Shown here: one piece after another, positions 58,025-64,000 of the stretch
How the letters are laid out: each line of letters opens with the position of its first letter
Position numbering within the stretch: the first letter of the stretch is position 1
Source: Gammaproteobacteria bacterium
GTDB lineage: Bacteria > Pseudomonadota > Gammaproteobacteria > JBCCGL01
Direction of reading: 5' to 3'
NCBI GenBank assembly: GCA_965277715.1
Contig: OZ255836.1
Span: 4,064,001-4,128,000 of the forward strand
DNA: 64,000 bases
Made by a program: the position numbers and the translations under genes
The notes under the pieces: model-generated
Seen by the model: the letters and a program-made list of their open reading frames with translations, nothing else
Told to the model about the DNA's origin: nothing
Databases searched by the model: none

Positions 58025-59202
58025 TGAAATACAAGAGGGTATTCAGTTTTACTATGTACTTTTTGACTCGACCATTTTATTTTCTTGTCGCACTTGGCGT
58101 CATATTTACGCCCTTATTTGCCGTTGCTGCGCTACCGGCACCGGCTGCCCCCAAGATCGCTGCCATCAGTTATCTGCTGTTGGATTTTAACAGCAGTGCA
58201 GTGATTGCCGGAGAGAACATCGATATCAAAGTAGAGCCTGCCAGCCTGACCAAAATGATGACGGCATATATCGTTTACAGCGAACTGGCGAGTGGCAGCT
58301 TATCCAAAAATGATGTGGTATTAATCAGTGAAAAAGCCTGGCGTATGGGTGGGTCACGCATGTTCATCGAAGTGGACAGCCAGGTGTCGATCAACAATTT
58401 GGTGCGTGGTCTCATTGTGCAATCGGGTAACGATGCGAGTGTCGCGCTGGCTGAGGCTATCGCGGGTAGCGAGCAGCAGTTTGCAGTGTATATGAATGAC
58501 TATGCCAAAAAACTGGGCATGAGCGGTTCACACTTTGTCAACAGCACCGGGCTACCGGATGAACAGCACTACACTACGGCGCGTGATATGGGGCTGCTGG
58601 CCCAGGCGTTGATTCGCGATTTTCCCGATGAATATAAACTCTACGCCGAGCGTGAATTTACCTACAACAACATTCGCCAATACAACCGCAACAAATTGTT
58701 GTGGCGTGATAAAACGGTCGATGGCATTAAAACCGGGCATACCCAGAGCGCGGGATACTGCCTGGTCGCCTCTGCACTGCGCAATGATATGCGCATTATC
58801 TCCATAGTGTTGGGCGCTAACAGCGATAAATCCCGCAACAATGAAAGCCAGCGGTTGCTCGAATATGGCTTTCGTTTTTTCCAGACAAAACACCTTTACA
58901 GCAAAGACCAAATACTGGAATCACCGCGTATCTGGAAAGGCGAAGTAGACGTATTACCGCTAGGGTTGGCAGAGGATTTATACATCACCCTGCCGAGCAG
59001 TCACAAGGGAGCGCTGAAGACATCATTGCAATACGATAATGACATTATTGCACCGGTCGCGGCGGGGCAGATGGTAGGGGTATTACAGGTTACCTCTGGT
59101 GACGAGCTCATTGCCGAGCGGCCACTGGTCGCATTGACAGGGGTGGCAGAGGGTAGCTTTTTGGGGCGCATGGTGGATACCGTGTTGCGCTACTTCTACT
59201 GA
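58024..59202 (+). CDS. dacA: D-alanyl-D-alanine carboxypeptidase (PBP5/6)
   Basis: PASLTKMMT, QSGNDA, GIKTGHT. Confidence 0.9.
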   Translation: MKYKRVFSFTMYFLTRPFYFLVALGVIFTPLFAVAALPAPAAPKIAAISYLLLDFNSSAVIAGENIDIKVEPASLTKMMTAYIVYSELASGSLSKNDVVLISEKAWRMGGSRMFIEVDSQVSINNLVRGLIVQSGNDASVALAEAIAGSEQQFAVYMNDYAKKLGMSGSHFVNSTGLPDEQHYTTARDMGLLAQALIRDFPDEYKLYAEREFTYNNIRQYNRNKLLWRDKTVDGIKTGHTQSAGYCLVASALRNDMRIISIVLGANSDKSRNNESQRLLEYGFRFFQTKHLYSKDQILESPRIWKGEVDVLPLGLAEDLYITLPSSHKGALKTSLQYDNDIIAPVAAGQMVGVLQVTSGDELIAERPLVALTGVAEGSFLGRMVDTVLRYFY

Positions 59203-59243
59203 AAAACACAGTGTTAATCGATTAAATGGCTGAGTGATATACC

Positions 59244-60107
59244 GTGACAACTGATTCCCCCGCGTACTTTAATGGTGCCTTTTTACCTTTATCCCAGGTG
59301 AGCATTTCACCGCTGGACCGTGGCTTTTTATTTGGTGATGGCGTCTATGAAGTCATTCCCGCCTACGGTCGGCAGTGCCTCGCTCTCGATGCACACCTCG
59401 ACCGGCTGGCAGACAGCCTGGCGGGTATTGCTTTAAACAATCCCCACACCCATGCGCAATGGCGCGGGATTCTGCAACGGCTGGTCGATGCAGAACCCGC
59501 CATCGACAAGAAACTCTACCTACAGGTGACACGCGGTGTACAGGTGGTGCGCCACCACGATTTTAATGGCGATGAACAAGCCACCGTGTTTGCTATGTGC
59601 TCGCCGCAGGCAGCACCGACTGACGCCGTATTGGAAACCGGCGTTAGCGTCTACACACAAGCGGAAATGCGCTGGGCGCACTGCAACCTGAAAGCCATTT
59701 CACTACTACCGAATATACTGCTTAAACACGCCTCTTCACAGCGCGGCGGCGCAGAGACCCTGGTACTCAAAGGTGACCGTGTGATTGAAGGCTCGTCCAG
59801 CAACGTATTCATCGTCACCGGTGGGGTAATACACACCCCGACTATCGGTACTGAAATACTCCCCGGTGTTACCCGCACTTTATTGATTGATATGGCCGGA
59901 GCATTGGGTTTTCAGGTAATACAGGCTGACGTACTGCTCGCGGACCTGATGCGTGCAGATGAAGTGTGGGTCAGCAGCTCCACCCGGGGGGTTATCGCAG
60001 TCACGCGTGTCGATGACATCACCATCGGCGACGGCAGGCCGGGGCCGGTGTGGAAACAACTGTACGATCGATACGCCCAACTGCTCGATAGCCTGCGCAA
60101 TGGCTGA
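59244..60107 (+). CDS. D-amino acid aminotransferase (class IV)
   Basis: DRGFLFGDGVYEV, YLQVTRG, RW..CNLKAISLL.N, EGSSSN, LPGVTR. Confidence 0.85.
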   Translation: MTTDSPAYFNGAFLPLSQVSISPLDRGFLFGDGVYEVIPAYGRQCLALDAHLDRLADSLAGIALNNPHTHAQWRGILQRLVDAEPAIDKKLYLQVTRGVQVVRHHDFNGDEQATVFAMCSPQAAPTDAVLETGVSVYTQAEMRWAHCNLKAISLLPNILLKHASSQRGGAETLVLKGDRVIEGSSSNVFIVTGGVIHTPTIGTEILPGVTRTLLIDMAGALGFQVIQADVLLADLMRADEVWVSSSTRGVIAVTRVDDITIGDGRPGPVWKQLYDRYAQLLDSLRNG

Positions 60108-60366
60108 AGAAGAGACACTGCTCGAATTCCCCTGCCAGTTTTCAGTTAAAGCGATGGGCATCAACAGCCCCGATTTTAACCCGCTGATATATCAACTGGT
60201 TGCCAGCCATGTCAGCGGTTTGACAATGGGCGCACTGACCAGCAAGCCGAGCAGCAAGGGCAAATACACCTCGGTAACCGTCACCTTCACCGCCACCAGC
60301 AAAGCGCAGCTAGACACCATCTACCGGGCGCTAAGTGGCCATGAAAAGGTATTGATGGCACTCTAA
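60100..60366 (+). CDS. ybeD: YbeD/DUF493 protein
   Basis: LLEFPCQFSVKAMG, SSKGKYTSVTV, QLD.IY..L. Confidence 0.9.
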   Translation: MAEEETLLEFPCQFSVKAMGINSPDFNPLIYQLVASHVSGLTMGALTSKPSSKGKYTSVTVTFTATSKAQLDTIYRALSGHEKVLMAL

Positions 60367-61031
60367 TGCCTACACTTAACTGCCGTCGCCTGGCGTGCGT
60401 ACCCTACAGCGAGGCATGGCGGGCGATGCAGGCATTCACCGATAACCGCCACCCTGAATCTGATGATGAATGCTGGCTGCTCGAACACCCACCGGTCTAT
60501 ACCCTTGGGCAGGCGGGGCGCCGCGAACATATACACAACACAACCGGTATTCCGGTGGTGGAAAGTGATCGTGGTGGCCAGGTCACCTACCACGGCCCAG
60601 GCCAGCTTGTACTCTACACCCTCTTCGACCTGCGCAGGCTCGGTATTGGTGTGCGCAACCTGGTTATCCGCCTGGAAAACACCGTGATTCAACTACTGCA
60701 GCAGCAGGGCATTCACGCTGCAGGTCGGCGTGATGCGCCCGGTGTCTATGTCGATAAGGCAAAAATTGCCGCGCTCGGTTTACGTGTGCGCAAGGGGTGT
60801 TGTTACCACGGGCTGTCACTTAACGCACACATGGACCTCACCCCGTTTGCCGGTATCAATCCCTGTGGTTACCCTGGCTTGCGCGTTACCCAATTGTGTG
60901 ACCTGGGTGTCAACACCACACTGGATGACATCGGTGGGCAACTCATCGACTGCCTGGCGGTCGAATTTGGCTACAATGTCGCCAGACCTTTTACTTCCCA
61001 CTGGCCGTCCATCGCTCAGGAAACCCTATGA
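60366..61031 (+). CDS. lipB: Lipoyl(octanoyl) transferase
   Basis: [37 protein letters not shown]. Confidence 0.95.
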   Translation: MPTLNCRRLACVPYSEAWRAMQAFTDNRHPESDDECWLLEHPPVYTLGQAGRREHIHNTTGIPVVESDRGGQVTYHGPGQLVLYTLFDLRRLGIGVRNLVIRLENTVIQLLQQQGIHAAGRRDAPGVYVDKAKIAALGLRVRKGCCYHGLSLNAHMDLTPFAGINPCGYPGLRVTQLCDLGVNTTLDDIGGQLIDCLAVEFGYNVARPFTSHWPSIAQETL

Positions 61032-61999
61032 ACAGCTATACCGCTCCCTCACGCACAGACACAGACAAGCACCAGCGTGGCGCTGACAAGCTATCGCGTA
61101 TACCAGTAAAAATAGCGCGCAGTGACGGCCCGCTGCTACGCAAACCCAACTGGATTCGCGCCAAAGCCCACACCCACCCGCGTGTTAAAGAAATCAAACG
61201 GATTATGCGGGAGCAAAAACTGCACTCAGTGTGCGAAGAGGCCAACTGCCCTAACCTGGGCGAATGTTTTAGCCACGGCACTGCAACCTTTATGATTATG
61301 GGGGACATCTGCACCCGGCGTTGCCCGTTCTGTGATGTATCGCATGGTCGCCCCGACCCGTTGGATGCAGACGAGCCGCGCAGGCTGGGGCAGACAATTG
61401 CGACGATGGGGCTCAGTTATGTCGTCATCACCTCGGTTGACCGCGATGATCTGCGCGATGGTGGGGCGGCGCATTTTGCCGACTGTATTCGTGAAACGCG
61501 TGCGGCCAGCCCGGCTATCCAGATTGAAGTGCTGGTGCCGGATTTTCGGGGGCGGCTCGAAAAAGCGCTGGATGCATTGTCGGCAATGCCAGCGGACGTG
61601 TTCAATCACAACCTTGAAACCGTTCCACACTTATACCGTGCTGCGCGGCCAGGGTCTGATTACCAGTGGTCGTTAAATTTATTGAAGGCACACCGTGTGC
61701 GTTTTCCCCGTGTGCCGTGTAAATCCGGTTTGATGCTGGGTTTGGGAGAAACCCTTGATGAAGTGCGGGAGGTCATGCGTGACCTGCGTGCACATGGCGT
61801 GGAAATGCTGACCTTGGGGCAGTATTTGCAACCATCGCGTGACCACCTGCCGGTTGCGCGTTTTGTCACGCCGGGTGAGTTTGACCAGCTTGCGGTGGAG
61901 GGGGAGGTGATGGGGTTTACCCATGTGGCGAGTGGGCCGATGGTGCGCTCTTCTTATCATGCCGATATTCAGGCGGCGGAGGTGTTGCGGGAGGCGTGA
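61028..61999 (+). CDS. lipA: Lipoyl synthase
   Basis: [33 protein letters not shown]. Confidence 0.96.
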   Translation: MNSYTAPSRTDTDKHQRGADKLSRIPVKIARSDGPLLRKPNWIRAKAHTHPRVKEIKRIMREQKLHSVCEEANCPNLGECFSHGTATFMIMGDICTRRCPFCDVSHGRPDPLDADEPRRLGQTIATMGLSYVVITSVDRDDLRDGGAAHFADCIRETRAASPAIQIEVLVPDFRGRLEKALDALSAMPADVFNHNLETVPHLYRAARPGSDYQWSLNLLKAHRVRFPRVPCKSGLMLGLGETLDEVREVMRDLRAHGVEMLTLGQYLQPSRDHLPVARFVTPGEFDQLAVEGEVMGFTHVASGPMVRSSYHADIQAAEVLREA

Positions 62000-62031
62000 G
62001 TGGTGCTGGCGGTAGAATGTAGGGTTGCGGG

Positions 62032-63996
62032 CTAACCCTGCAAACCCGCAGTAAATGTTTCAAGGTCATGCCGAATGTCGTCAATAAACTGTTCGACAAT
62101 GGGCAGTTGTTGATTAGTGTACTGTGTTGCCTGGTCGACATTTTCGTAAGTATTACTGTGTGCATAAATATATAACAGAGCATTTTTTATAACAGCACCG
62201 AGAATAATTTGCGTCGCAAACAGGTTATTGCTGTTGTGTACACAAAAATAAATCGCATCCAATGTGTCAATAATATCAGCTCTGTCTACACAGGGTGTTT
62301 GGGTCTGCCGCTGGATAGCGCGCTGAACCGATTTAATCTCTGTACACATTTTCCCCATGCCATCAGTAAAGTGCTTCAGCGAGTAAGACGAACGTGAAAA
62401 ACAGGACGCGATAGCGTTGCGGACACGCGCACGGGGAACCGAAGCAGTGGGTAGCAGCAGTGCATTTGCCGCGAGGCTATGCGTACCACTGATGTAGGCA
62501 CCATCACTGCAGTTATAGACCTTTTGTGTAGGAAATACCGCCGTTGCCTGCGACAAGGTTTTTATACCCCAAGTGTAGAGGTCATTGCACAAAACAGCGC
62601 CGCCAAAATTCCCCGCCACTTCACTGTCGGTAATGGGTTTATAGGCCGCCATAGTGGCGTCTTTTTCTGTCATTTCGTAGATCGTGCCATCGGCATGGTG
62701 CTTGCCGGCTGATTTCATGCCCATATCCACGCCAAACAGGTAGATCGATTTAAACCCTAATGTGAGTGCCAATACGCTGCCAAAATTGGCCGCTACCGGG
62801 TGCGTATAAGATAAGCGCGGTAGTGCAACGGGAAACAGGCTGCTGCCGCTGTCATCGTTCTTCAATGCCAGAGAGCAGGAGGCAAAATGGCGGCTGACTT
62901 CAGGGCAGACGACGTTGAGTGCAATCAGGTGGATTTGTTTGAGTTTTTCTGTCTGCGCCAATAGGGTCAGTGCGCGGTCAACATAGGGTAGGCGCTCCTG
63001 CTCAATATGGATATCCGGCACGATGTTGTGGTGTAGCAGGGCGCCAATAGCAGTACCGCAGGAGATGAGTATAACCTGCTCGCGGTGTTTGCGAAGGGTG
63101 GCTATCCGGGTATCGAGTGATGGCCCCGCCGCGACGATGAATACAGGAAAATTCCGGTATTTTTTTAATGCGCTATTGAGTAGTGGGTGCCGGTTGCGCA
63201 GGTTTTGTGCGGTGTGTTGTAGGCCTTGCTTTTCATCGTCATAAAAGCCAAAACCGCGTGCCGCCAAGGGTAGTATTTTTTTTAATTGCAAGCGTAGTTC
63301 TGTGTAGTAGTCACCGGCGATGTGATGAAAAAATAAATACTGCGTGGCGAATATCGGGCTGTGCTTACGTACACTGGTGAGTGTTTGCTCACAGGCGTGT
63401 TCGATATTGTCACCGAGGATAATATCGAGCTGATGGTGTGGCTTGATAAAGTGAGCAAATACCTGGCGCCAGTCGATGCAATAAAGCGAGGCCAATAAAA
63501 ATTCGACATTCGCTTCATACAGTACCAGGTGGCGCAATTTTAATTTTTTACTGAGATGTTCCAGGTGGTAGCCGGTGCCAATACCAAAACAAATTAATAA
63601 TGGGGTGTTGTGCCGGTCGTATTGATAGGCAGTAATCGCCTGCGGTATGTTTTTCTGCATAGGAATAATGTTTCGCAGAAAAGTATTTTGACAATTGGAG
63701 TCTGCTGAAGGTGCCAGTGGGTACAGCGCAAAAGAGTCCGGGTTTACCAGAAAATCATTAACCTGCTGTCGGCTGACGTGCCAGGGATCATCCGGGTACA
63801 CCGAGTGCCCGTGGGTTAATAAACGCATACCGTGTTCGCTTAGGTCGACCTGGGTATGCTGGAGGGTACGTTGCGCGATATGTGCATGTAGCGCGGGTTG
63901 GTGTAGCGAGAACTGCTGTAGGTTATCGATATAACGGCGTTGCATTTGCCCGGCCATTTGTTGCAGTTCATCGAGTGTCTGAGCGGTTGCAGCCAT
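62032..63996 (-). CDS. Motility-associated factor (Maf)/DUF115-type glycosyltransferase-like protein; start may lie beyond the window
   Basis: FGIGTGYHL, GFYDDE, IVAAGPSLD, SCGTA, LGFKSIYLFGVDMG, YNCSDGAYI. Confidence 0.78.
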   Translation of the reverse strand: MAATAQTLDELQQMAGQMQRRYIDNLQQFSLHQPALHAHIAQRTLQHTQVDLSEHGMRLLTHGHSVYPDDPWHVSRQQVNDFLVNPDSFALYPLAPSADSNCQNTFLRNIIPMQKNIPQAITAYQYDRHNTPLLICFGIGTGYHLEHLSKKLKLRHLVLYEANVEFLLASLYCIDWRQVFAHFIKPHHQLDIILGDNIEHACEQTLTSVRKHSPIFATQYLFFHHIAGDYYTELRLQLKKILPLAARGFGFYDDEKQGLQHTAQNLRNRHPLLNSALKKYRNFPVFIVAAGPSLDTRIATLRKHREQVILISCGTAIGALLHHNIVPDIHIEQERLPYVDRALTLLAQTEKLKQIHLIALNVVCPEVSRHFASCSLALKNDDSGSSLFPVALPRLSYTHPVAANFGSVLALTLGFKSIYLFGVDMGMKSAGKHHADGTIYEMTEKDATMAAYKPITDSEVAGNFGGAVLCNDLYTWGIKTLSQATAVFPTQKVYNCSDGAYISGTHSLAANALLLPTASVPRARVRNAIASCFSRSSYSLKHFTDGMGKMCTEIKSVQRAIQRQTQTPCVDRADIIDTLDAIYFCVHNSNNLFATQIILGAVIKNALLYIYAHSNTYENVDQATQYTNQQLPIVEQFIDDIRHDLETFTAGLQG

Positions 63997-64000
63997 TGTT

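Overview
64 kb from a gammaproteobacterial chromosome, probably marine and possibly autotrophic (cbbR beside rpe; Na+-type membrane PPase). Both the taxon and the lifestyle are inference. The right two-thirds is largely core: aas, slyD, a GAF-GGDEF protein, a long minus-strand enzyme run (algH, nucleosidase-like, SPL-like radical SAM, SDR, class IV aminotransferase, sulfotransferase-like, dioxygenase-like and others), tonB-like, gshB, pilGHIJ-chpA-chpC, hppA, mrdA-rodA-mltB-rlpA-dac-dat-ybeD-lipB-lipA and a Maf-type gene. The left ~17 kb is a decaying accessory zone. It holds a DUF6431/DDE element with an in-frame stop, an intact IS4-family IS and its MITE (all four of their junctions lie at GGGTC motifs), and a lipoprotein gene bounded by TGACCCC/GGGGTCA repeats. 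It also holds a non-canonical LexA with an alpha-type direct-repeat operator, a detached chemotaxis tail, a group II intron remnant, an MNT-HEPN gene convergent with an orphan NucC, a collapsed msh operon, a truncated DNA methyltransferase and attC-like remnants. Several small MITE/REP families are dispersed through the window. I saw no tRNA, rRNA or CRISPR array. The best candidates for undescribed biology are the GGGGTCA-bounded cassette architecture, the NucC + MNT-HEPN pair lacking a CD-NTase, and the SPL-like radical SAM operon. All family assignments come from reading motifs by eye; no database search was run.
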